Positions 50,192 through 59,044 of a stretch of 64,000 nucleotides of DNA are shown here, one piece after another. Each line of letters begins with the position of its first letter. Position 1 is the stretch's first letter. Source of the stretch: an uncultured delta proteobacterium (lineage in GTDB: Bacteria > Desulfobacterota > Binatia > Binatales > Binataceae); the NCBI GenBank assembly GCA_963794325.1, contig CAWCDG010000007.1:32001-96000 (forward strand). Direction: 5' to 3'. The position numbers and the translations under genes are program-made. The notes below the pieces were generated by a model that did no database searches, was not told where the DNA came from, and saw nothing but the letters and a program-made list of their open reading frames with translations.

Positions 50192-50357
50192 GACGCATCC
50201 TCCGTTGTTCGTCCGGTTTTTGGTGAGGAGCCTCGCATACAAAAGCATTCAGGCGCGCCGATGTAAACGGCCCGCCCGAATGCGCGGGACCCGATTGACT
50301 TTGCGGAAACGGTTCTGGTACCCGATCTGGTAACCGTGCAAATTCAGGAGGCCGCCG

Positions 50358-51479
50358 ATGGGATCAGTCCATATCAAGGATGAAGAGCGCGTAGGTTCCG
50401 AAGCTAAATTCAAACTCGAACCCTCCGTCTACCTGCAAAAGCTCTACGAGTCCGGCACCCCCGACCTCGGCTGGATGAACCAGATGGGCGAATGGGGCGT
50501 GCGCGCCAAGCCCGGCAACCTCGGCCTGCGCCTCAAGGACATCGAAATCGGCAGTTACGGAATTATCCCAGAGCACGGCGGATCGCATCGCTCGATGGCG
50601 CCACGCGGCGCGGTAATTTCAGATGACCTGCCTTCGCTCGGTTTCACAATTAACGATAAGGCCGAGTGCTGGGCCGACAACGTGACCGAGCTGTACGAAG
50701 AGGCGGTCGCGCGCCAGTGGAGCAGTGCACGCGATATCCCGTGGACCGAACTCCGGCCGCTGCCCGACGACCTCGAGCGCGCGATGTGCCAGCTGTGCAC
50801 GTTTCTCACGGAAGTCGAATTCATCGCGGCCGATGCGCCGACGCGATGGATGGGGCAGATGAATCACGATTTCTTCGAAGTAAAAATGTTCCTCGCGACG
50901 CAGGCGATGGACGAGGCGCGTCACATGGACGTGTTTCGAAAGCGCGCGCTCGCCAACGGCGGCGGTCTCGGCAAGGCCAGCCCGATCAGCGAGCTGTCAT
51001 TGAAACGAATCTTCGACTGCCCGAGTTTCTCGGCGCAGACCGGCCGCTTGCAACTGCTCGGCGAGGGCTTCGTGCTGACGATGTTCCGCCAGGGCGAGTT
51101 CCTGGCGCCGAGTCGGGTCGATCAGGAGATTTTCCGGCGATGCATGCAGGATGAATCGCGCCACGTCGGATTCGGCACGATGCATATCCGCGCGCAGCTC
51201 AAGGCAAATCCCGCGGTCGCCGAAGAACTTCACGAACAGCTCGACGACGCCGAGCGGATTCTGCTCGAGACCTTCAGCGTGCCGGAGGCGGTCGAGCCGA
51301 TGGCGATCCTGATGGGCGGCGGCATCAGTCATTTCGACAAGGGCATGGAGTTGCAGGGACAGTTGTGGCGGCGAATCGTCCACGAGTACCTGCAGCGATG
51401 CGACTCGGCGGGACTCGACCGCCGTCCGCGATGCATCCTGCCGACGGATTTCAACAAGCTGTTCGAAGCGGCGGCCTGA
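50358..51479 (+). CDS. Ferritin-like diiron-carboxylate protein
   Basis: Four-helix ligand pattern E(VE)...DEARH...E(G)...DESRH; AGGAGG RBS. Confidence 0.82.
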   Translation: MGSVHIKDEERVGSEAKFKLEPSVYLQKLYESGTPDLGWMNQMGEWGVRAKPGNLGLRLKDIEIGSYGIIPEHGGSHRSMAPRGAVISDDLPSLGFTINDKAECWADNVTELYEEAVARQWSSARDIPWTELRPLPDDLERAMCQLCTFLTEVEFIAADAPTRWMGQMNHDFFEVKMFLATQAMDEARHMDVFRKRALANGGGLGKASPISELSLKRIFDCPSFSAQTGRLQLLGEGFVLTMFRQGEFLAPSRVDQEIFRRCMQDESRHVGFGTMHIRAQLKANPAVAEELHEQLDDAERILLETFSVPEAVEPMAILMGGGISHFDKGMELQGQLWRRIVHEYLQRCDSAGLDRRPRCILPTDFNKLFEAAA

Positions 51480-51919
51480 TGGCGTCGTTTCCCGATTCGG
51501 CGTGGTTCCTCACCCTCGGCAAGCTCATGAATGCCGAGGGTGAACTTTTCAGACGCCTCGGATACGCGGAGACCCGCTTCGCCGTGCGCGTCGTGCCGAA
51601 CAACCTCGGCAACGGCGGCGATCGGATCGTGGGGCTGGTGATCGACGGTTATCAACTGACCGAGGCCAAGCCGGTCGCCGATCTGAATGAGTACGATCCG
51701 GATTTTGTGATCTGCGGCAAGCGCGAGATTTGGGATCGGATGCTAAGCGAGATTGTCGAGCACGGCCGCCCGCAGCTTCGACACACGCTGAGTTCGCTCG
51801 CGCTGGTGGGTGAGGAACTTTGGCTGGAGTCCAACGATCAGTTGCGTGAGGACAAGTTTTACCGCTTCAATCAGACGCTGCAGGAACTGCTGAATCTCGC
51901 CTCGAAAGTCCCCGCTTAG
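51479..51919 (+). CDS. Hypothetical protein, possibly SCP2-like, translationally coupled to the ferritin-like gene
   Basis: TGATG overlap; FPDSAWF..L...N and DPDFVI.G...W pattern seen in SCP2-like proteins. Confidence 0.6.
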   Translation: MASFPDSAWFLTLGKLMNAEGELFRRLGYAETRFAVRVVPNNLGNGGDRIVGLVIDGYQLTEAKPVADLNEYDPDFVICGKREIWDRMLSEIVEHGRPQLRHTLSSLALVGEELWLESNDQLREDKFYRFNQTLQELLNLASKVPA

Positions 51920-51954
51920 TGGCACAGGATTGTGCCACAGGCTTTAGCCTGTGC
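51919..51954. repeat. REP-like overlapping palindromes
   Basis: GTGGCACA-ggat-TGTGCCAC overlapping CACAGGCT-tt-AGCCTGTG. Confidence 0.55.
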
Positions 51955-51955
51955 T

Positions 51956-52081
51956 CTAAAGATTTGTGGCGCTTGAGGTAGTCGCGATTCGCGGTATCCC
52001 TGCATTCGCAACGGCCACTATCGTTCCCAACATTATCGCTGCTGAAAGAATCGCGGCAAAAACAAAACCGGCGGTCTTCAT
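51956..52081 (-). CDS. 41-aa hydrophobic, signal-peptide-like microprotein (absent from ORF track)
   Basis: AAGAGGA RBS then MKTAGFVFAAILSAAIMLGTIVAVANAGIPRIATTSSATNL-stop. Confidence 0.55.
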   Translation of the reverse strand: MKTAGFVFAAILSAAIMLGTIVAVANAGIPRIATTSSATNL

Positions 52082-52139
52082 TTTGCATTCCTCTTATCAG
52101 GAATACGCATGCCGGAACCGCCGGTTACGTGATCTTTGC

Positions 52140-53045
52140 CTACGCCGCCTTGACTATCAGATCGTCCGTGTCGGCCCTGTTGTGCGGTGTGCCGTGGCGA
52201 ACGTCGGTGGCGAGGCCCAGTTTCTCGAGCGCGAGTATCAGCATGTAGCCGGCGTCTGGCTGGCGCCAGCTCCATCCGAGGCGCGCGGAACCGGGGCGCG
52301 CATGATGATTACGATGCCAGTTCTCGCCCTGGAACAGATGCATCAGCGCGAGCCATGTCACGTTGCGGCTCGAATCCTGGCCAACTTTGACGTCGGGTTC
52401 GGTGTGGCAAACGCTATTGACGAAACACTGCGCATGCAGTCCGAAGCAAAGGCGAATCGCGCCCAGCCAGAAAAATGCGGCCGGGCTGAAATACAGTCCG
52501 ACGAAGAATGAGAGCGTGAGGATCGGCGTCTGGAACCATCGCCACGCGCGATAAGAAACGCCGCTGAGGTCGGGGCAGTATCGATCGATCGGCGGCTCGC
52601 CTGCCTGCCACAGCCATCGTAGATGCGCCCACCAGAAGCCGCCCCAAATCGGGCTCGAGATATCTTCCGGGGTGTCAGCCTTGGCGTGATGCAGCCGATG
52701 GCCCGCGGCCCATGTGGTCGGCGCGCCGGACCCGTTGAACATCGCGAAGAAAATCAGCACTCCGCGCGCCCACGGATTCAACGTCAATGATCGATGAGCG
52801 ATCGCGCGATGGTACCCGACCGTAGTGCCCAATCCGCCGAGGAACACGAGCGCCAGCGCGCCGAGAAATACGTGCCATCCGGGAATCGGATAAAGCACGA
52901 GTCCTATCGCGGCGGTAATATGAATGAGGAGGACCCAGCCCAGTATCGCAACGTCGCGCTTGCCGGCGTGCCACCAAGGCTGCTTCCATGGCTCGCTCTT
53001 CAGGATTTCTTCGGTCGTGCTCACCGGCGTGAAAACTGCTGCCAT
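52140..53045 (-). CDS. Delta-9-type acyl-lipid/acyl-CoA desaturase
   Basis: GYHRAIAH, HRLHH, GENWHRNHH; GGGAG RBS. Confidence 0.92.
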   Translation of the reverse strand: MAAVFTPVSTTEEILKSEPWKQPWWHAGKRDVAILGWVLLIHITAAIGLVLYPIPGWHVFLGALALVFLGGLGTTVGYHRAIAHRSLTLNPWARGVLIFFAMFNGSGAPTTWAAGHRLHHAKADTPEDISSPIWGGFWWAHLRWLWQAGEPPIDRYCPDLSGVSYRAWRWFQTPILTLSFFVGLYFSPAAFFWLGAIRLCFGLHAQCFVNSVCHTEPDVKVGQDSSRNVTWLALMHLFQGENWHRNHHARPGSARLGWSWRQPDAGYMLILALEKLGLATDVRHGTPHNRADTDDLIVKAA

Positions 53046-53210
53046 TCGTCTCTCCCACCGAAATTATTTTTGTACACCACCGCCGGCGCCTGTTTGGCTG
53101 CACGGATGATGATGCTTCGTGGCTGCCAGATGCATCCGCATTCCTGACTGCCGCCAGCATCAGCACATTTTCACTTTTAACAGGGATGCCTTCGATTCCA
53201 AGGCGGGGAG

Positions 53211-53226
53211 CGCAATGTGCTTGCCG
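53211..53226 (-). promoter_or_regulatory. Candidate sigma-54 (-24/-12) promoter for the desaturase
   Basis: Minus strand CGGCAAG-CACA-TTGCG (GG-N10-GC), about 165 nt upstream of the ATG. Confidence 0.4.
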
Positions 53227-53346
53227 TAGCGAGGATTGACAATACAGGATACGCACCCTGTGCGCTACATCCGTTCGCATGCATACAGTTACGCGCGCGT
53301 GATCAACTTTGCCAAATGTTCCTAATGTAACACGGCAATTCCGGTT

Positions 53347-53381
53347 CCCCTTCCCACTATGGGAAGGGGTTAGGGGTTAGG
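53347..53381. repeat. REP-like hairpin (CCCCTTCCC..GGGAAGGGG..GGGGTTAGG)
   Basis: Same hairpin-plus-G-tail architecture as copies near 17995, 56825 and 57125. Confidence 0.5.
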
Positions 53382-53393
53382 TTCCTGATCTCT

Positions 53394-54590
53394 TCACCCC
53401 CACATCGTCATCGCGAGGCCGATCATCCCACCGCCGAGCACCAGCCACGCGGAGTTCACCCGATAGCGAATCAGGACGAACGCGCTCGAAGCGGCAAGCA
53501 GTATCGTGGTGACGTCGACGATCGCGGCGCGCGCGAGGAACAGCGTCACCGCCGCCATCAAGGCCCACGCCGCGACGTTGACCCCGTCGAGGAATGCGCC
53601 GGCCAGCGGTGAGCGCCGCAGATGCGGGATCAGCGGGCCGCTGATCGAGACGAAGAAAAACGACGGCAGAAAAATCCCTAGCGTCGCGACCACCGCGCCG
53701 CGAAATCCGCCGAGGATGTACCCGATGAACGTCGCGGTCGTGAACACCGGCCCCGGCGTGACCTGCCCGACCGCGACCGCGTCGAGCAACTGCGCCTGGG
53801 TCAGCCATCGCAATCGATCGACGAGGTCGGTGCGCAGGAACGCCAGCAATACATAGCCGCTGCCGAACAGCACCGCGCCGACTTTCAGGAAAAATAAAAA
53901 TAGCGTGGTGAGACTGAACGGAACTGCAACCGCTGCGGCGAGCGTGGCGCCCTTCACGCTCCACGCGCGCGCGGTGACGGTGGGGATTGCGGCGATCGCC
54001 GCTCCTGCACTCGCGCGATCCTCGATCGCGCGAATCGCGAGCATCACGATTCCGCCGCCAAGAAGCACGATCATGTCGTTGACCTCGAGGAGCGAGGCCG
54101 CCAGCGCGACTATCGCCAGCGCCGCCAGCATTCGCGACTTGATCGCAGTGCGGCCGAGTCCCCACAGCGCCTGCAGCACGACCGCGATGATGACCGGCTT
54201 GACGCCGTACAGCAGCCCGACTGCCTGCGGCATCGTGCCGTATCGCACGTACATCCACGCAATCGCGAGCACGATCGCCGCGGCGGGCAGAATGAAGCAC
54301 GCGCCCGCGACGATCAGACCCGCCGCTCCCGCCCGCAGTTGCCCGATATGAATCGCCATCTCGGTCGAGTTGGGCCCGGGAATCAGGTTGCACACGCCGA
54401 GCATGTCGAGAAACTGCTCGTGCGTCATCCAGCGCCGGCGGCGAACGACCTCGTCCTCCATCATCGCGATATGCGCCGCCGGCCCGCCCATCGCGAGCGT
54501 CCCGAGGCGCAGAAACAGCAGCGCCAGCTCGCGGAGCGCCTCGCGCCGCGCAGCCGGATTCCCGACGGTATTGATGGGCGGCGGATCCAT
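53394..54590 (-). CDS. chrA: Chromate efflux transporter (long-chain CHR)
   Basis: GGPAAHIAMM, PGPNSTE, FGSGYVL, GQVTPGPVF, FLPSF. Confidence 0.92.
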   Translation of the reverse strand: MDPPPINTVGNPAARREALRELALLFLRLGTLAMGGPAAHIAMMEDEVVRRRRWMTHEQFLDMLGVCNLIPGPNSTEMAIHIGQLRAGAAGLIVAGACFILPAAAIVLAIAWMYVRYGTMPQAVGLLYGVKPVIIAVVLQALWGLGRTAIKSRMLAALAIVALAASLLEVNDMIVLLGGGIVMLAIRAIEDRASAGAAIAAIPTVTARAWSVKGATLAAAVAVPFSLTTLFLFFLKVGAVLFGSGYVLLAFLRTDLVDRLRWLTQAQLLDAVAVGQVTPGPVFTTATFIGYILGGFRGAVVATLGIFLPSFFFVSISGPLIPHLRRSPLAGAFLDGVNVAAWALMAAVTLFLARAAIVDVTTILLAASSAFVLIRYRVNSAWLVLGGGMIGLAMTMWG

Positions 54591-54822
54591 GCGACTCCGA
54601 ATCAGATGATCATGAATCGCGATCGCACGCCAGCGCGCGCGCTTTGTCATAGGGTGAAGCGTGCGATAAGAACCCCCGACCTGCGCACCGCGACCTGCTC
54701 GACTGCACTTCACTGGTCGTGCGACCTGAGCTTCCGCCGGCGGTGAAGGTTCAAACTTCTCTTGTACTGCGCGGCCGGTGGTGTGTTATCTTATTTCGAC
54801 TCAGCCACCGAACCCGGGAGAT

Positions 54823-54892
54823 CGAAAATGACAACGTCCATGTCCATTCAGAGAGCGGTTTTAACCCATCAGAAGGACATGGTGTTTTCATG
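54823..54892 (+). promoter_or_regulatory. Hairpin and upstream ORF, possible translational attenuator
   Basis: CCATGTCC (54838-54845) pairs GGACATGG (54875-54882) over AAGGA; GGGAG-preceded ATG at 54828. Confidence 0.35.
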
Positions 54893-56710
54893 CGAACGCT
54901 ACACGCTCGGAGTTCGGCGCGCGCAAGCGCCAATAAAACCAGACTGATCGATCGCGCCGCGATTCGATTCGCGGGACCGCGAGCCAGGAAATTTCTCTCC
55001 TACTACAAGCCGTATCGAGGCCTGCTGCTCGCCGACCTGTTCTGCGCCTTCGTCATATCGGCGGCGGCGTTGCTCATGCCGGTCGGTACGAATTTCATCA
55101 CCAAGAACTTGCTCGCAAAACAGGGCGCAGCCGGCGCGCTCGATAAGATCTATGCGCTCGGCGCTGCCATGCTCGCGCTGGTCGCTCTCCAGGCGCTCTG
55201 CACGCTGTTCGTCGATTATCAGGGACATGTGATGGGCGCGAAGATGGAACGCGACATGCGCCGCGAGCTGTTCGAACACTATCAGAAACAATCGTTCAGC
55301 TTTTACGACGGGCAGAGAACCGGCCAGCTGATGGCTCGGATCACCAACGATCTTCTCTCCCTCGCTGAGCTCTATCATCACGGACCGGAAGATCTCGCGA
55401 TCGCGGCCCTCGAGCTGATCGGGGTGCTGATCATCCTCGCGCATATCGACCGGACGCTCACGCTGATCGTGCTGTGCTTCCTGCCCGTGATGTTCCTGTT
55501 CGCGCTGCATTTCAGCCGGCGCATGATTGCCGCGCTGAGATTGAGCAAAGACCGCATCGGCGACATCAACGCGCGCGTCGAAGATTCGCTCGCGGGGATA
55601 CGGGTGGTGAAGTCTTTCACCAACGAGGCGTTCGAGACGGCGCGCTTCAACTACCAGAATGATCGCTTTCTCGCGAGCCGGAGCGTCGGCTATCGGAGCG
55701 AGGCATGGTTCTCCGGCGGGATGGCCGCTTTCACCCAGCTCATCACAATTTCCGTGATCGTCTTCGGCGCTGCGGGCATCGCGCGCGCGTCGCTCGACCT
55801 CGCCGACCTGCTCACCTTCCTGATGTGCGTCGCGGTGCTGGTCGACCCGATTCGCCGGCTGGTGAATTTCGCGCGGCTCTACCAGGAAGGCAGCACCGGG
55901 TTCGACCGGTTCTTCGAGATGCTTCAGATGGAGCCGGACATGCCCGACCAGGCTGGCGCCCCGGAGCTGACGCAGGTGCGGGGCGATATCACTTTCCGCA
56001 ACGTGAGCTTCCGATACAGCGACGATTCGCACTTCGTGCTGAAAAACCTGTCTCTCGAGATCAGCGCCGGCGAGTTTGTTGCGCTGGTAGGCACCTCGGG
56101 CGTCGGCAAGACCACGCTCTGTTCGCTAATCCCGCGCTTCTATGACGTCACCGCGGGCGACATCTTGATCGATGGCAGGAACGTCAGGGACATCCGTCCG
56201 CAGTCCCTGCGTCGAAATATCGGCATCGTGCAGCAGGACGTTTACCTGTTCGCGGGAACGATCGCGGAAAATCTCCGCTATGGCAAACCCGACGCAGGCC
56301 AGGACGAAATCATCGAAGCCGCGAAACAGGCCCACGCGCACCACTTCATCATGACGTTGCCCAACGCATACGACACGGAGATCGGCGAACGCGGCGTCAA
56401 GCTCTCTGGCGGGCAAAAGCAAAGGCTCAGCATCGCCCGGGTCTTTCTCAAAAATCCGCCCATCCTGATTTTCGACGAGGCAACCAGCGCGCTCGACAAT
56501 GAAAGCGAACGCTCGGTCCAGGAATCCCTGCGCCGCCTCGCGCGCAATCGCACGACGCTGGTCATCGCGCACCGCCTATCGACCGTGAGGGACGCGGGGA
56601 GAATCGTAGTGCTGACCGAGGTCGGAATCGCCGAAGAGGGCACGCACGATGAGCTCGTCTCGTCAGGCGGCGCGTATGCGCGACTCTACAACACCCTGGC
56701 AAGCATATGA
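54890..56710 (+). CDS. ABC exporter, fused permease/ATPase
   Basis: TM domain, GTSGVGKT, LSGGQKQR, ILIFDEATSALD, IAHRL. Confidence 0.93.
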   Translation: MRTLHARSSARASANKTRLIDRAAIRFAGPRARKFLSYYKPYRGLLLADLFCAFVISAAALLMPVGTNFITKNLLAKQGAAGALDKIYALGAAMLALVALQALCTLFVDYQGHVMGAKMERDMRRELFEHYQKQSFSFYDGQRTGQLMARITNDLLSLAELYHHGPEDLAIAALELIGVLIILAHIDRTLTLIVLCFLPVMFLFALHFSRRMIAALRLSKDRIGDINARVEDSLAGIRVVKSFTNEAFETARFNYQNDRFLASRSVGYRSEAWFSGGMAAFTQLITISVIVFGAAGIARASLDLADLLTFLMCVAVLVDPIRRLVNFARLYQEGSTGFDRFFEMLQMEPDMPDQAGAPELTQVRGDITFRNVSFRYSDDSHFVLKNLSLEISAGEFVALVGTSGVGKTTLCSLIPRFYDVTAGDILIDGRNVRDIRPQSLRRNIGIVQQDVYLFAGTIAENLRYGKPDAGQDEIIEAAKQAHAHHFIMTLPNAYDTEIGERGVKLSGGQKQRLSIARVFLKNPPILIFDEATSALDNESERSVQESLRRLARNRTTLVIAHRLSTVRDAGRIVVLTEVGIAEEGTHDELVSSGGAYARLYNTLASI

Positions 56711-56839
56711 GCCACGGTTAATCTCGAAACAGGAACCCGGAGCCACGGAGTTACACTCCAACGAGCAGCGTCCTACCGCCCGCTTTGTCATGGGAAGACC
56801 TTTGCACAACTGCTCTCGGCTCTTCCCTCTCCCTGTTAG

Positions 56840-57019
56840 GAGACCTTTGCATAACCTGACGGCGGTGGCGCGACCCGAGACGCGCTGCGCACGAGATCCT
56901 TCGGTGCGCTCCGGATGACGGAAAAAAACCGGCACCATACTCGTCATTCTGAGCGAAAGCTGCTGTAGCGAAGAATCTCGACGGACGCTCCTGTGGCCGG
57001 CGTTATTTACGCAAAGCTC
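56840..57019. mobile_element. 180-bp MITE with 9-bp target-site duplication CCCTGTTAG
   Basis: Ends GAGACCTTTGCATAA and TTACGCAAAGCTC; CCCTGTTAG at 56831-56839 and 57020-57028. Confidence 0.65.
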
Positions 57020-57281
57020 CCCTGTTAGGGAAAGAATCAAGAGCCTGCCCGGAGCCATGCCGAAGGGTGAGGGTCCGATTACAGCGCGCGGAGTTAGGAT
57101 GCCGCGTCCCGCGCCACCGAATACCCGACTCGCCCGCTGAGTTGCGGGAGAGGCCGCGCCGAAGAAGCGGGTAGGGGTGATTTTGCGCGCGATTCAAGAT
57201 TCTGCTCCTGTCCTGATTCCATCCACCGAGGCTGCGCGAAGGTTTCCATTGAGCAGACCGTGCGATAAGAATCCAACCACT

Positions 57282-58172
57282 ATGGCGCCACAACCGAATC
57301 AGAGAGTCGTTCGCGCATCGAACCTGAACTTCACCGTGCTCGAGATGGGCGACTCAAAAAGTCCGCTGGTGCTGTGCCTGCACGGATTCCCGGATACCGC
57401 GCATTCGTTTCGCCATCAGATGCCCGCGCTTGCAGCGGCCGGATACCACTGCGTCGCGCCGTTCATGCGCGGCTACTCGCCTACCGAGTCCGCATCCGAC
57501 GGCCGTTACGATTCGGCGGCGCTGTCCGAGGATGCGCTCGCGCTGATCACGGCGCTCGGCTACAAGGACGCAATCCTGTTCGGCCACGACTGGGGCGCAG
57601 TCGCCGCATACGGCGCCGCGGCCGCATCGCCGGATCGCGTGAGCAAGCTGGTGACCTCGGCAGTCGGATACGGCTCCGGATTTTTCGAGGCGCTGGTCAC
57701 TAACTACGCGCAGCAGCGCCGCTCCTGGTACATGTTCTTTTTTCAGACCAAAATTGCCGAAGCTGCGGTGAGTCTCAATGACTTCGCGTTCCTGGAAAAA
57801 TTGTGGGCCGACTGGTCCCCCGGATGGAAATGGACTCCCGAGGACATGGAAGCGCTCAAACGATCCTTCCGCGCGAAGGGCACCCTCGAAGCTGCTCTCG
57901 GCTACTATCGCGCCACGCTCGGCCCGGTACTCAGCATGCCGGTCGATCTGAAAATGCTCGCGCCCGCGATGAACATCCCAATCAACGTGCCCGCATTGAT
58001 GTTCCACGGCCGCGACGACGGATGCATCGGCGCAGAAACCCTCGCCGGAATGGAAAAATTGTTTTCAAAAGGCTTGAAAATCGAGCTGGTCCCAAACGCC
58101 GGCCATTTCGTCCACCAGGAACGCCCCGATCACATCAACGCCCTGATGCTAAAATTCCTGAAATCCTCCTAA
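57282..58172 (+). CDS. Epoxide hydrolase-like alpha/beta hydrolase
   Basis: HGFPD, RGY, GHDWGA, SWY, YYRA, GHFVHQE. Confidence 0.92.
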   Translation: MAPQPNQRVVRASNLNFTVLEMGDSKSPLVLCLHGFPDTAHSFRHQMPALAAAGYHCVAPFMRGYSPTESASDGRYDSAALSEDALALITALGYKDAILFGHDWGAVAAYGAAAASPDRVSKLVTSAVGYGSGFFEALVTNYAQQRRSWYMFFFQTKIAEAAVSLNDFAFLEKLWADWSPGWKWTPEDMEALKRSFRAKGTLEAALGYYRATLGPVLSMPVDLKMLAPAMNIPINVPALMFHGRDDGCIGAETLAGMEKLFSKGLKIELVPNAGHFVHQERPDHINALMLKFLKSS

Positions 58173-58399
58173 CCTCTCCTTGTCCGAGGAGAGGTCGGCG
58201 AAAGCCGCTTGAAAAGCGGTGTCGCCGGAGAGGTGCAACGCGCGACACCCCACCAACCCCGACTCGTCTAATCTCAGTGCGGAGACAAGTTCGCCGCTCG
58301 ACAGCAGCACAACCGGCATTCTTGCGACGCCTGGCGTTGCACCACTCCCGTCGCTTGCCTTCGGCTCGCGCCGACCTCTCCTCGGACAAGGAGAGGTTA
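58170..58399. repeat. 230-bp REP-doublet/MITE with perfect 31-bp terminal inverted repeats
   Basis: TAACCTCTCCTTGTCCGAGGAGAGGTCGGCG (58170-58200) is the exact reverse complement of 58369-58399. Confidence 0.8.
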
Positions 58400-58427
58400 A
58401 AGATCGAAGACGCCGTAGCTTCAATTG

Positions 58428-58439
58428 TACCGTTCGGTA
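58428..58439. promoter_or_regulatory. Putative TetR operator 1
   Basis: TACCGTTCGGTA palindrome next to a TATACT -10-like box. Confidence 0.6.
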
Positions 58440-58453
58440 TATACTTCTCGGAT

Positions 58454-59020
58454 ATGGACTCTCGTGCCGGGCTCCTGCGCGCTGCGCTCACCCTCTTCGC
58501 CGCCAAAGGCTACGACGGGGTCGGGGTCCAGGAAGTGGCGGAAGCGGCGGGCGTCGCCAAGCCGACCCTCTACCACTTCTTCGGCAGCAAGCACGGCCTG
58601 CTGGAGGCACTATTCGCCACGTTCGCAACCCGCCTCGACGACGCAGTCCGCGACGCTTCCGACTATGCGCGCAACCTGCCACTCACACTCGATCGAATCG
58701 TCGCCGCCTACGTTGATTTCGCCGCTCGGGAGCCGCTTTTCTATCGTCTCGAACTGGCACTATATTCCTCGCCTCGTGAAAGCGAGGCGCATCAGGTCGC
58801 CGCACAACACTACGCCTCTCGGCAGGCTGTCCTGGAAGGTATGTTTCGCAAGGCGGTGCGCGAGCATGGCAACATGCGCGGGCGCCATCGCCGTTACGCG
58901 ATCTCCCTGGTCGGCATGATCAACAGCTACCTCGCGCTGCAATTGAACGGGCATATCGTCATCACCGACCGTCTTCGCCGCGATATCGTCCATCAGTTCA
59001 GCCACGGCATCTATTCGTAG
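58454..59020 (+). CDS. TetR family regulator
   Basis: LFAAKGYDGVGVQEVAEAAGVAKPTLYHFFGSK HTH. Confidence 0.93.
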   Translation: MDSRAGLLRAALTLFAAKGYDGVGVQEVAEAAGVAKPTLYHFFGSKHGLLEALFATFATRLDDAVRDASDYARNLPLTLDRIVAAYVDFAAREPLFYRLELALYSSPRESEAHQVAAQHYASRQAVLEGMFRKAVREHGNMRGRHRRYAISLVGMINSYLALQLNGHIVITDRLRRDIVHQFSHGIYS

Positions 59021-59025
59021 GTCTA

Positions 59026-59037
59026 TACCGGTCGGTA
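59026..59037. promoter_or_regulatory. Putative TetR operator 2
   Basis: TACCGGTCGGTA, 11/12 identical to operator 1, just before the GH13 ATG. Confidence 0.6.
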
Positions 59038-59044
59038 TGTAAAT

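Noticed and set aside
57803-58453. 405-aa ORF suggesting a TetR with a large N-terminal domain
   Set aside because: The extension reads through the hydrolase 3' end and the repeat element; the HTH starts at ATG 58454
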